From NCBI RefSeq assembly GCF_009914755.1, contig NC_060947.1: a stretch of 64,000 bases of DNA; one strand, written 5' to 3'. Shown here in pieces: positions 41,485 through 57,353 of this stretch (positions are counted from its first letter, which is position 1; every line of letters starts with the position of its first letter). The translations under genes were made by a program, and so were the position numbers. The notes beneath the pieces are model-generated. The model was not told the origin of the DNA. It worked only from the letters and a program-made list of their open reading frames with translations, and did no database searches. This DNA is from the human T2T-CHM13v2.0 reference genome, Homo sapiens.

Positions 41485-42417
41485 TCATCCATGTCCCTAC
41501 AAAGGACATTAACTCATCATTTTTTATGGCTGCATAGTATTCCATGGTGTATATGTGCCACATTTTCTTAATCCAGTCTATCATTGTTGGACATTTGGGT
41601 TGGTTCCAAGTCTTTGCTATTGTCAGTAGTGCCGCAATAAACATACGTGTGCATGTGTCTTTGTAGCAGCATGATTTATATTCCTTTGGGTATATACCCA
41701 GTAATGGGATGGCTGGGTCAAATGGTATTTCTAGTTCTAGATCCCTGAGGAATCGCCACACTGTCTTCCACAATGGTAGAACTAGTTTACAGTCCCACTA
41801 ACAGTGTAAAAGTGTTCCCATTTCTCCACATCCTCTCCAGCACCTGTTGTTTCCTGACTTTTTAATGATCGCCATTCTAACTGGTGTGAGATGGTATCTC
41901 ATTGTGGTTTTGATTTGCATTTCTCTGATGGCCAGTGATGATGAGCATTTTTTCATGTGTCTGTTGGCTGCATAAATGTCTTCTTTTGAGAAGTGTCTGT
42001 TCATATCCTTTGCCCACTTTTTGATGGGGTTGTTTGTTTTTTTCTTGTAAATTTGTTTGAGTTCTTTGTAGATTCTGGATATTAGCCCTCTGTCAGATGA
42101 GTAGATTGCAAAAATTTTCTCTCGTTCTGTAGGTTGCCTGTTCTCAGCAAACTATTGCAAGTACAAAAAGCCAAACACCGCATGTTCTCACTCATAGGTG
42201 GGAACTCAACAATGAGAACACTTGGACACAGGAAGGGGAACATCACACACTGGGGCCTGTTGTGGGGTGGGGGCAGGGGGGAGGGATAGCATTAGGAGAT
42301 GTACCTAATGTAAATGACGAGTTAATGGGTGCAGCACACCAACATGGCACATGTATACATATGTAACAAAACATGCACGTTGTGCACATGTACCTTAGAA
42401 TTTAAAGTTATATATAT
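41485..42417. mobile_element. 5'-truncated L1PA (about PA4-6) with 5' inversion (minus 41485-42141, plus 42142-42417)
   Basis: ORF2 end on minus strand, 3' UTR on plus strand; TSD aa(a/c)ctcaacagcc at 41472-41484 and 42418-42430. Confidence 0.93.
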
Positions 42418-44117
42418 AACCTCAACAGCCGTGCATGTGGTTGGTCTCTGTCCAGAAAGCGACCTGGCCAGGGGCACTGATCAATACAGATTGCGTCTGC
42501 CAGATAGAGACTGGGAAGGAACGAGATTGGAGAATTGATAGCAATAATGACCATGTAATAAAATACCTAGAGCACTCATTATGTGCAAGGCACAGTTCTA
42601 ATTGCTTTGCCTGCATATATATGTGGAGCAAGTGGACAGATCTCTCAGGATGGGTTGTGTGGGGATATCTGTGTCCCACGTGAGTACTCACCAAAAGGAG
42701 CATGATTACCCAGCCCTTGGAAATCTGTCAACCTCTTCTCCAGACACGCAGTGCTTGTTCAATGAGCCAATGAACAAAATTATCATAGTAGAAGGGATGG
42801 ATGTTATGCACCAGTTCAACATTGATTTACCTTCACTTATGTTGCCTTGGCTATCAACACTGCTGAGTGCCCAGTCTCTCAACAGCAGAAACCCCAATAT
42901 GTCACCATTGCCTAGAGAGACCAAGTCTTTGAATGACAGGAGTATTGCATCGGATCCCCTCCATCATGGAACTGGCATTAATTTATCCTCACTGAAATAA
43001 TCACGTATTCTGGAATGTATTTGCCTTCCATTCCTACAGTGCGTCTATCAGCACCATCATCCTTCAATTTTCTAATTACTTTATACAGCTTATATACCAC
43101 TGCAATATCCCATGCAATATTTTTTTCTGATCAAGGAACACATTTCACAGTGAAAGACATAAGATAATGGTCTCATGACTATGAGGTTCTCTGTTCATAT
43201 GACATAGACAATCACCTATAAACAATTGCTCTTACAGAAAGGTGGAATGGCCTATGGACTATATGGTTATGGTGACAATTAGGAAATAGTTTGTGAGATC
43301 TAAATGCCATTCTATAGAATTCAGTATGTTCTCTGGATTAACAACCCATATATGCTGCTTTTTATCCCATAAACAGAATATTGTATGTCTAGAAACCAAA
43401 GAGTAGAAATGGGAGTAACACCTGACACCAATTCGATTAGTAAAACTTGCAAAACTTTTGATTCATAGGAAGTTAAGACTTCCATCTGGCCATCTGGAGT
43501 TCCTCATGCCATGGAATCAATGGGCAAAAATGGGGAGAGTGAGGTTCCTATGTTGGCTGGGATGAGTGATCTTAATTATCAAGGGGAAATGGGGAGTCTG
43601 CTACACAACGGGATTGGGGAGAGCATTTTCTGGGACCTAGGGGATTCACTGTGTGACCCTAGTTCTGCCATGTCCAATGGCAAAAGTTCATGCAGATTTT
43701 AATGACTCAATAAAGGTGGGACTTCTGAAAGCTCAGATTCCACATAATCATTGCGGAGACAACTTCTAGAGTCCCTTAGGAGCATAATACACAACTCGAA
43801 CAAGGCATGTTCAAGATTACTGGGCCTGTGGAGAAGGACTCAATGTACCTTTTATGAGTCCCGGGAAATCACCCGGGTGCTTTCATTCCCACCACATCCA
43901 GTGATAAAGGTTAGCCAAAGAATACAGTAGCCATACACATACAGGACCACAAAGAGCCTCGCCTTACCAAGAAAATAACCATGACCAGCTAAGGTACTTG
44001 TTAAAGCAAGGGGAACCTATGGATTTAATAGAGAGAAAGGGAAGTCAGAAACACCAGCTCTGGTCTCTGGACAAGATGTAATAAGGACTACAAGCAGTTT
44101 CCTTATTTCCTTCTTTG

Positions 44118-44170
44118 CTCTCTCTCTCTCTCTCTCCCTCTCTCTCTGTGTGTGTGTGTGTGTGTGTTTG
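44118..44170. repeat. (CT)n(GT)n compound microsatellite
   Basis: Seen directly. Confidence 0.95.
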
Positions 44171-44459
44171 TTTGTATATATGCATATACATACACTTACT
44201 TCCATTCTCTTTCTTTATCTTCACACTATATATTGTAGAATATAGTGTGTGAGTAGTGGTTCAACGTACAATTTAGTTTATAGCTTGCAGCATATCTAGA
44301 AGAAATCGCAAGGTGACTGGAAGAGGAAAGGATATCACCTAAATTCTTGGACTTAGAGCCAGAGATAATAGAGGATAAGATTTGAGATAATATCCTTTTA
44401 AAGAAGGAGTGAATAGTGATTACATATACTTTAGTAGCATTATGTTGGAACAAGGCACT

Positions 44460-45870
44460 TTTGGAAGTGTTAATTTAGGGAAAAGCTTGCTATCTATTTT
44501 GCCCTCATAAAGGGCTGGTCTCTACTAAGTACTTCTTGTTTTCTTTCCTTTTTGTTTTCTGGCTACCCATTATTCATATTCTATCTTGTTTTATTCAGTC
44601 AAGGCAAAATACTACTCTAGGGCATTCATTTTCAAAGGAGGTGATATCATCCAAAACAAGTGAAAGTTTGTCCTTCATCAGAAAAAAATCTCTGCTATTG
44701 GAATGGACTGTGGCCCTCTAAAGCTCAGCCTTACTTGACAAAATCTCATTCCTTAGTATATAGTTTGTCTTGCTGGGTTTTCTTGGGTATCACATGAAAA
44801 GCACTGACATTGATTTTACTGAAGATATGCTAAATGTATGGAAGATCAGTGATATAGAGCCGTGTTGAATAAATGATTCTGATTGGAGGACTTTCTTTCA
44901 AGTACTAATTCTTAAAGTCCTATTGCAAGAGTTGACCTGCTGCCTATTGTCTGCCATTACCTAATTTATGCTTGATCTTCAGTGTTTTTATCTGCTACTC
45001 AAGTTTTGATAATTAAATATAAATAGAGTAAATTTAATTGTACAAAAATCATTCAGTTCATCACTAATTGTGTTAAGTACTGAACAGAAAGAATGTCAAC
45101 AATACGTGAACGACTATCTGCAGCTAGCTATATTAAAAGTTATTTTGTTTTTAAAAACATTTTTTAATTTTTAATTTTTGTGGGTACATAGTAGGTGTAT
45201 ATATTTATGGGATGCAGGAGATATTTTGATACAGGCACGCAATGTGAAATAGGCACATCAGGAAGAATGGGGAAACCTTCCCCTCAAGCATTTATCCTTT
45301 GAGTTACAAGCAATCCAATTACACTCTTTTAGTTATTTTTAAATGTACAGTTAGGTTATTATCGACTATAGTCATCCTGCTATACTATCAAATAGTAGGC
45401 CTTATTTAAAAGTTATTTTTTCTAACAAGCAAAAGTTAAAAGTTACTTTTACTAACAATAATTTTTAAGAAATAAATTTTAAAATTATTACATATTTTCT
45501 GGAAAAATAAAACGGGATAATTTTTAAAATTTAACTTACAAAGTTATTGTTATTATGTAGTTATACAAGTTGCTAATATACATATATAATTTGACACATT
45601 AAAATCTATATAGGTAAATAAATTATATTTAAAGTTGCTTGGCAGATACAGTTATAAAATTAAATGTTAATAGTTTTTTATATTCCTAAATTAATTAAAA
45701 CTTTTATTTAGTTATTCTTAACCCTGTATCGAATAAAAAGAGTAACTTTTATACTTACTCTTTCTAGGTATAAATTGCAAATATGCAAATAGTTATTAAA
45801 TATATAATATACCTGTGATATTAACATTTTAGGGGGCAATAATGAAAAATAGATGGAGAACTACTTTAGT
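44460..45870. mobile_element. Probable ancient hAT DNA-transposon remnant(s)
   Basis: hAT-like terminus gggggcaataatgaaaaatagatggagaactact near 45830; AT-rich decayed interior. Confidence 0.35.
45150..45405 (-). mobile_element. Short L1MA 3' end insertion
   Basis: tttttgtgggtacatagtaggtgtatat; TSD ttaaaagttatttt. Confidence 0.85.
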
Positions 45871-46129
45871 GGATCTGTCCAGCCCTAGCAAAATGGTAGA
45901 TACAATCTAGAATTGCTTGGAATTTAATTAATAATATACTGAAGGAAAGACTGAAAATTGTGGGAGTTCATTCATTATAGTAATGACCTACAGGTTGATA
46001 ATGGTGGCAAAAACATGAATGAGAGTGTGTTCCCATTTCCTCTGCTATTCCTTCTTCCCTGATCTGGCCACTTTCTACTTGCCTGGAACTAGACTCGCTC
46101 TCATTCTCCCTGTCTCACCTATGTTCAGT

Positions 46130-46870
46130 CCTTAAATCAGGAGAGTGAGGTGTCAGGCACTGTTCTAGGTGCTGGCTACTGAGTGGTGAAGAAGGTCCCT
46201 GCTCTCCTAGATCTCACATTTTAGAGAGAGGATGACAGTCACAAACAATCAAATAAATACATGAACAAAAGTCATTTCACAAAGTCAAAAATACTTTGAA
46301 AACAATTTTAAAAAAAGGACAAAGGGTAGTGTAATGGGGTGAGGGTGGAGAACAAGATGAAATAGTTTAGTCAGGGAAGGATTCTCCATGGAGGTGAGAG
46401 TTGAGGTGAGCTTGAATGACAAGAAGACATCAGTCATTTCATGAGGACCCAGAGGCATGGCATCCCAGGGTGACAGATGAGCTTGGTGTATTTAAGGGAA
46501 TCCAGAAAGAAGTCCAACTGGAGGCAGCAAGAGGAAAGACTGGTACTAGATGAGGTAGGAAAGAAGTTCTGGAGTAAGCTAGTGTAGGGCCATGTCAGCC
46601 ATGGAAGGGATTTAGCTTTTATTCGAGGTACAATGAAAAGCCATTGGAGGGTTTTGAGCTGGGAGTGACGTGATCTGAATTTTGTATTTTAAAGCTTACT
46701 CTGTCTGATGTGTGGAGAATGAGTTTTAGTGGGAGCAAAACTGGAAACAAGAAGGCCATCTAGGAAGCTAGTTACGAGACCAGTTAGACAGTCCAGGCAA
46801 GAGACCATGAGAGCTTGGGCTAGGATAGTGATTGTGGAGAAAGATATGTGGACAGTTTTGGAATAGATTT
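46130..46870 (+). mobile_element. L2 remnant
   Basis: gtgtcaggcactgttctaggtgctgg and aagccattggagggttttgagc. Confidence 0.75.
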
Positions 46871-46879
46871 TTACCTGGG

Positions 46880-48125
46880 CAGCACTACCAATCAAATTGA
46901 TCCCATTGAAATTTATAGAGACTCCATCCAATAACAGCAGAATACACATTCTTCTCAAGCTGACATGGAACATGAACCAAGATAGACTGTATTCTGGGCC
47001 ATAAAACACACCTTAACAAATTCAAAAGGCCGAGTGTGGTGATCACACTGGTAATCTCAGCACTTTGGGGAGGCTGAGGTAGGAGGATCGCTTGAGGCCA
47101 GGAGTTCAAGACTAGCCTGGGAAATATAGCGAGACCCTGTCTCAACAAAAAAATTAAAAATAAAAAATTAGGTGGGCATGATGGTGCACACTTGTAGTCC
47201 CAGCTACTCAGGAGGCTGAGGGAGGAGGATCCCTTGAGGCCAAGATTTCGAGGTTGTAGTGAGCTATGATTATGTCACTGCATTCCAGCATCATGAGTGA
47301 CAGATTGAGACCCTGTCTCCAAAAAAAAAAAAAAAAAAAAACCCACAAATTTAAAAGAATAGAAATCATACAAAGTATGCTCTCAGACCACAATAGAAAT
47401 AAAACAGAAACCAGTAACAGAAAGACAGCTGGGAAATCCCCAAATATCTGGAAATTAAATAACAAATTTCTAAATAACATATAGGTCAAAGAAGAAGTCT
47501 CAAGATAAATTTTTAAATATTTCAAATTAAATGAAAATAAAACTGCAATTTATTAAAATTTGTGGGATGATAGAAAATCCCAAATAATCTCTGGGGGTGG
47601 GCACCACTCCTGGAACTAATAAGAATATATATAGCAAGGTCACAGGGTACAAGGTCGATACACAAAAAATCAGTTGATTTCCTATATACCAGCAATGAAC
47701 AATTAGAATTTCAAATTTTAGGAAAGCAATACTATTTTCAACAGCAGCAAAACAATGAAATACTTAGGAATAAATATAATAAAATATATACTGGACCCAA
47801 ATCTAGAAAACTACAAAACACAGATTAATGAAATCAAAGAAATCTAAATAAAGGGAGAGCCATTCCATGTTCATGACGAAGAGGACTCAATGCTTTTAGG
47901 ATGTCATTTCTTTCCAACTTAATGTATACATTCAGTATCATTTCAATCAAAATCTCAGCAAGCTATATTGTAGACATAGACAAAATGATTCTCAAGTTTT
48001 TATGGAAAAGCAAAAGACCTAGCAAAACCAACACAATACTGAAAAAAAAAGTTGGAGGATTCGCATTATCTAATGTCAAGACCCCACAGTACTATAAAGC
48101 TACAGTACAGAAGACAGTGTGATTG
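46880..48125 (+). mobile_element. L1M ORF2 fragments with an AluJ (47028-47340, plus)
   Basis: Endonuclease motif KFKRIEIIQSMLSDHN; ILKFLWKSKRP...YYKATV. Confidence 0.85.
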
Positions 48126-48127
48126 AA

Positions 48128-49305
48128 TGTGGAAAAATACAAACTGATTTTGCTCTGCTCTCACAGAACAATCAACAAAGGTTTCTGTGACCAGATGTGT
48201 GGGAGTACACACACTAAATGAGCAATCAGTTTTCTAGTGGACACCAGATGAATGTCCTCTAATTTTATGTAATTTTGATACTAACTACCCGGAGATGGCG
48301 TCAGATCTCACAGGTTGAGAGCTGTCTCCAAGATTGTCACATCCCCTCCCTGATCCCCACCTCCGCCTTCAGATGTGACTCGGAAGCTCCAGGTTATTGT
48401 ATCAGTGTTTTTGACAAACTGGCTATATATTGGGTTTCCACAACCCCCTCACTGAGTTCCATGAATTTGTTAGAGTAGTTCACAGAATTCAAGGAAACAC
48501 TTACTTATATTGATTAGATTTTTTGTTTTTTTTTTCAGTTAAACAATGATTTTATTGCTTGAGTACATAGACAATTTATGCGACCAGGGCAGAGGCTGTG
48601 GATGACTCATATTTCCAATCAAGAGGGAGGACTCACTTGGTGTTATAATATCGGGCCAAATGATGAATCCGGCTCTCTATCAGAATCAGATAGCATTTAG
48701 CATCCTTATCTGATTCATGAGGGAGTCAGGCCCTTGGCCAGTTTGTCAATCTGCTCCTTCACGTCATCGGAAGTCAGCGTCAGCCACCAGGAGCATGCAT
48801 GTGACCCATGATGGCAGCGGTCAGGCAGCAAAAATTCCTTATTATAAGGAATATTACAAGGGATATAGATGAAAAGATGCATGGGGCAAGGCCTGTGGGA
48901 AGGGGCACAGTGCTTCATGCCTTCTCCGAGTGTGCCACCCTCCAGGAGTCTCCACGTGTTTTGCTATCTGGAATCTCCCCAAGCTCTGGCCTTTTGGGTT
49001 GTTATGGAGGCTTTATTATGCAGACATGATTGATTAAATCATTGGTCATTGGTGATCAGCTGAACCTTCCGGGCCCCTCTCCCCTCCCCTGAGGTGGGGA
49101 AATGGGGCTGAAAGTCCGAACTCTCTAATCCTGCCTTGGTTTTTTGGGGACCAATCCCCAATCCTGAAGCTACCTAGGGGCTGTTGGCCATCAGCCAACT
49201 CATTGACATATAAAAAGACATCACTTTGGAGATTTTAAAGGATTTTAGGAGTTGTATGTCAGGAAATGGGGAAGACCAAATATACATTTTATAATAATCA
49301 CCGTG
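48128..49305. mobile_element. MER21-type LTR, split by the RPS13 retrocopy
   Basis: ttctgtgaccagatgtgtggg, ggagatggcgtcagatctcacaggttgag, atgattgattaaatcattggtcattggtgatca. Confidence 0.8.
48519..48834 (-). pseudogene. RPS13P: RPS13 processed pseudogene lacking two internal segments
   Basis: Minus strand: pyrimidine-rich 5' UTR, ATG at 48809, MGHMHAPG / WLTLTSDDVKEQIDKLAKGLTPS*I / [43 protein letters not shown] (stop 48576), AATAAA, poly(A) 48519-48535. Confidence 0.96.
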
Positions 49306-50087
49306 GTGTTAAAGAAAGAATGCATACAGAGATCAATAGAACAGAGTGGAATATATTTTGAGGTAAAGCCAATAGGACTTGTTGTTGGAAATATGAGTTG
49401 AGGAAAAAAAGGAATCAAGCACCGTCTGTAAGAGATGGGGGAAAGATCAGGTTAGAGAACGTAAAATGTCTTCCCAACTTTAAGTTTTAATCAAGGATTT
49501 TCGGGTCTATGATTCTTTGAGCTGCCCCCCATATTCCTCCTAACACTACAGCTATTCTTGGGGCTGAGGTCTCCCTAATTACTGGCCCCACATCTCCAAG
49601 CTCAGCCTCCCTCCCACTTCCCTTTCCTCTTCCATGGAGGGGGTGTTGAGGGCTCTGCCAGTGGGAGCCAATGAGCAGGGTGAATGCTGCCTCTAGTCTT
49701 GGTTTTAAGAGGCTTCAAGCTATGTGTGTCAAAGATCCCAATGCCCTACAATCAGAGCGTTAAGGAAGCATGAGACAAGCTGGGGAAGGGAAAGAGAATG
49801 AGCGAAAGAGAAAAGAAGATGAAGAAAGAGAGATGGGGGAGGGGAGGAAAAGGAAAAAAGAGTAAGTGACCTGTGGACATGTGGGGAGGGGAGCAGGCCA
49901 CAATGGCACACCTGGGGCACAGAGCATCCAGCACTGCTGGCCTCTGCCCATGGCCACAGCAAGATCCCCTCCTTATTTGCAGCTGTTAAGAGAGCAAAGA
50001 GGCTGTTATTGGGAGACATAGTCCTCTGTAGTGACTACATCTGGTCAGGGTGGGAGGATGGATGAGGAGGAATGGATGCATTTGGAG

Positions 50088-50265
50088 AAGTGGTTCTAAA
50101 CCTTTTGTTCAGTCATAGACCTGTCTGTGAATGGAAGCCATGGCCTGCACACTCTCCCCAGAAAAATGCCACTAGATATTGTAGACCAAATTTTGTCTAC
50201 AATTCAGCACATTCATGAATGCTTTGGAATCCTCAAGGGTCCATAAGCCTGTGTGTCAAATCTCT
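50088..50265. mobile_element. MER103C-like hAT element
   Basis: ctctccccagaaaaatgc core. Confidence 0.6.
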
Positions 50266-50269
50266 GACA

Positions 50270-51520
50270 TATAGAATATTTAGGAGATAAAAATCAACAT
50301 GATTAGTGATGGATTGTATGTGATGGTTGACAGAGTGGGTCGGAGAGGAAGCCTGGGTTTAATGGCTGAGGTAGCTGAGTGGATGATGGAACCATCCACT
50401 GAGACAGAGAACACCCAAAGAGGAACAGGTTTCTGGGGAAAATACTGAATTCAATTTTGGACCTGCCAAATTTTAAGTGTCTGGAATGTCCAAGGGGAGA
50501 TTTCCAGGAGGCAGTTGTAAGGGAGGAGACCACCCCTCCATATTGTCTTATGCCCAATTTCTGCCTCCAAATAAAGAAGAAGTAAAAACTAAAAGCCAGA
50601 AATGAAATCCACAGGCAGACAGCCCGGTGCCACACCCTGGGCATGGTTAAAGATTGACCCTTGACCTAAACCAGTTATGTTATCTATAGATTCCAGACAT
50701 TGTATGGAAAAGCACTGTGAAAATCCCTGTCCTGTTATGTTCCATTCTAATTACCGCTGCATGCAGTCCCCAGTCATGTACCCCCTGCTTGCTCAATCGT
50801 TCACTACCCTCTCACATGGACCCTCTTAGAGTTGTAAGCCCTTAAGAGGGACAGGAATTGCTCACTCGGGGAGTTCGGTTTTTGAGACGTGAGTCTTGCC
50901 GATGCTCCCAGCCAAATAAAGCCCTTCCTTCTTTAACTCGATGTCTGAGGGGTTTTGTCTGTGGCTTGTCCTGCTACAGTTGGGCATATGGATATGAAAT
51001 GCAGGAAAGAAATGTAGGCTGGAGCGATAGAGTTGGGAACCATCAACATGCAGATGGTTATCAAAGCTATAGGAATGGGTGAGGTCGTCTACCAAGACCG
51101 CACAGAATGAGAAGAGAAAAGGGCTGGACATAACCTTATCAAACAAAAACATTTACCAAAAGGGCCGAGAAACAGGGGCCCACAAAAGGAACTGAGAAGT
51201 AGTGGCCAGAGAGTAAAGAGTAAAGCCAGGAGAGTGCAGTGTCACAGAAACCAAGGGCAAATCTCCTTCCAAATGGAGGGGAGAGCTCAACAGTGCCAAA
51301 TGTTACTCAGACAAGGTCTGATTTAAATCCACCAGATTTAGCAACAAGACCACTGGTGATGAGCACTTTCCATGGAGTAGTGGGAGTGGATGGCAAATGA
51401 CAGTGGCTTAAGAAGGAAAAAGTGGAAGGCAAAATACAATGGGTTAAGAGGTGACAGACGAAAAAAGGATTAAAAATCGAACCAGAGGTGAGGAATTATG
51501 GACAATAGTGCAAACAACAT
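50270..51520 (+). mobile_element. L2 remnant split by LTR2B
   Basis: gaattcaattttggacctgccaaattt and gagagtgcagtgtcacagaaaccaagg. Confidence 0.75.
50518..50978 (+). mobile_element. LTR2B-like (Harlequin/HERV-E group) solo LTR
   Basis: taagggaggagaccacccct...aataaagcccttcc...tgtcctgctaca; 4-bp TSD gttg. Confidence 0.88.
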
Positions 51521-51524
51521 TCTT

Positions 51525-53305
<1,781 letters not shown>

Positions 53306-53379
53306 ATTTGCCCATGACAGGGAGGAGATAAATAGGGCAGAAGCTAAAGAATGATGAGGAATTGAGTCAGTGTTTTTAT

Positions 53380-53935
53380 TTTTAAATATATTTATTGAGG
53401 TATAATTGCAATGCATAAAATTCACCTACTTTAAGTATACAATTAAATTAATTTTAGCAGGCTTACAAAGTCGTACGATCATCACTACAATCCACTTTTG
53501 GAACATCTCTACCACCCCCAAAACATCCCTTGTAGTCCCTCTCTATCACACCAGACAGCCATTAAACTACTTTCTGTCTATGGATTTGCCTTTTAGATAG
53601 GAGAATTTAATATAAATGACATCATACAATATGTGTTCTCTTATGATTTGTTTCTTTCACCAAGCATAATGTTTTTGAGTTTGAGGTTTATTTATGGTGT
53701 ATCATATATCAGTACTTTATTGTTTTTAATTGCTGAATAGTATTTTATTTAATAAATATACCATATTTTGCTTAACTGCACTCACTGGTTGAATGACATT
53801 TGGGTTGTTTCCACCTTTTGGATATCATAAATAATGTTGTTATAACCACCCAAGTACAAGTCTTTGTGTGGACATGTATTTCCATTTCTCTTGCCGGGTC
53901 ACATGGTAAATTTAATTTTGACTTTTTAAGAAACA
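53380..53935 (-). mobile_element. Old L1M 3' remnant
   Basis: tttattgaggtataattgcaatgcataaaattcacc. Confidence 0.75.
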
Positions 53936-53973
53936 ATAGCGAAGGATTTTTTTTTTAAGTTTCAAGAGACTTA

Positions 53974-54268
53974 GGCTGGGTGCGGTGGCTCACTCCTATA
54001 ATCCCAGCACTTTGGGAGGCTGAGGCGGGTGGATCACGAGGTCAGGAATTCAAGACCAACCTGGCCAAGATGGTGAAACCCCATCTCTACTAAAAATACA
54101 AAAAAATTAGCCAGGCGTGGTGGCGGGCACCTGTAATCTCAGCTACTAGGGAGGCTGAGGCAGAGAATTGCTTGAACCTGGGAGGCGGAGGTTGCAGTGA
54201 GCTGAGATCCCTCCACTGCACTCCAGCCTGGGTGACAGAGTGAGACTCCATCTAAAAAAAAAAAAAAG
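53974..54268 (+). mobile_element. AluSg-like
   Basis: Full Alu; TSD ttcaagagactt. Confidence 0.95.
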
Positions 54269-54951
54269 ATTCAAGAGACTTGAACATGTTTGAAGGCCAC
54301 GTCAGAGAAAGGAAAAGGCTGAAAATACAGAAGGGAGGGAGAGAGGGAACTCAGAGATCAAGTTTCCTGAGAAAGTAGAAGGGAATGGGGCACAGAATTC
54401 AGGTGGAAGGATTAGTCAACAAGAAAAGGGGCACCTCTTCCCCTGGAATAGGAGGGAAAGAGCAAAGAGTAGTCAGATTGGGATGCTCAGGAGTTTGTAT
54501 GTACTCCATGTCAAGGAGTAGAAGACATCGTTGTCTGAAGTCTTCTCTTTTCAATTCGGTAGGAGATGAGGTCATCTGCCGAGGGTAAAGGTAAAGTAGA
54601 ATTGTGAAAACGCTGAGGAGGATGGGAGTTTGGCAGAGCGACCATGAAGATTTGGAGAACTGATCAGGAAACAAGATTGCCAGAGAGCATAGAGGGCCGG
54701 GTAGAAGTTGGGGAATGTGAGTTTTTAGTGGCTCCCGACAGAGCAATTTATGGACCCAGGATTGACCTAGAGAAGATGGAAGGTATTTTCATCTGCAGTT
54801 GGGGCTGTGATGGAAATCTTAGCTGTGTTATGTCACGTCATCCTTGGTTCCTGACCCTGCCTGGTTCTCCAGGCCTCTCATGGATCCCCTGGATTACCTG
54901 ACACCCCTTTCTCTTAGTCAGGGTAGGTTGGCTTATGCTTTGAATAATAAT

Positions 54952-55255
54952 ATTTTATTTTATTTTACTTTTTTGAGACAGAGTGTCATGCTGTCTCCCA
55001 GGCTGAAGTGCAGTGGTGTGATCATGACTCACAGTAGCCTTGATCTCCCCAGGTTCAGGTGATGCTTCAACTTCAGCCTCCCAAGTAAGTAGCTGGGACC
55101 ACAGGTGCACAACAACACACCCAGCTAATTTTTGTATTTTTTGTAGAGACAGGGTTTTGCCATGTTGTCCCGGCCAGTCTTGAGCTCCTGGGCCATCTGC
55201 CCATCTTGGCCTCCCAAAGTGCTGGGATTACAAACATAAGCCACTGTGTCTGGCC
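54952..55255 (-). mobile_element. AluJ within an MLT1 remnant
   Basis: J diagnostics. Confidence 0.9.
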
Positions 55256-55722
55256 AATAACAGTTTAAAAGCCCAAATCTCAATGACTTGACACACACAA
55301 GTTTATTTCTTGCTTAAGCAAAATGTACTGCAGGTCAGAACAGCTCCCTTCCAAGAGGTAACTAAAGTATCCAGGCTGATGGAAGCTCCATCATCTTGTG
55401 GCTATCTCATCTAGTACCCGAGGCCTTTATGGATGTCATAGCAGAGGAAGAGAGTGCAGGAGGGTTGAGCACCAGTTCTCTGGCTCATTGGTCAGAGCTA
55501 GTGACATGGCCTCCTCTTCCTCTAAGAGGATTGGGAAATTCAGCAAACAGTAATTGACTCTACCACATCTTTTAAGAATAGTGTTTTCTGCTACATTTAA
55601 CCAGAGTTACTGCCATTGCTTTCATTCAAGAACTCTGACTAGTAAAGGATATGGGGGTGAGAATATTTAAAGATATATATCTTCAATTTTTTTCTGCTTA
55701 CAAAAGTGATACATACATGTTA

Positions 55723-56040
<318 letters not shown>

Positions 56041-56320
56041 ATTGAACGTTACATAAATATTCAATGTAGAAAGTGAAAAATCCCTCATAATCCCACACTC
56101 CCAAGATAACTATATATTTGATATATATCTGGTATATATTTTTATATATAACTATATACTTACATAGTTATATGCATTACATATACTATATATATAACTA
56201 TATATTTGGTATATATTTTTCTTTATATCCTACTAATAGGAAATAGATTTTTATCAAAAATAGGATCACACTACAGCTATTGTTTTGCAATTTCCTTTTT
56301 AACTTAATACTATACTTTGA

Positions 56321-57353
<1,033 letters not shown>

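Larger units (their letters stand above)
40840..44450 (+). mobile_element. ERVL (HERVL/ERVL-E-like) pol and 3' internal remnant, split by L1PA
   Basis: ttttggagcaaaagccatgc, ccaagtgaccatgcacctgagctg, gcaggtcctgcaggcacaagtgagtta, ctgatcaaggaacacatttcacag and agaaaggtggaatggcct RT/RNaseH/integrase motifs. Confidence 0.8.

Noticed and set aside
41279-42004. L1 ORF2 C-terminal ORFs
   Set aside because: Part of a truncated, inverted L1 with no promoter.
48500-48850. TSD around the RPS13 retrocopy
   Set aside because: No convincing direct repeat found by eye, so none is claimed.
56100-56222. Small AT-rich duplicated/palindromic patch
   Set aside because: Ordinary low-complexity slippage within an old L1 remnant.
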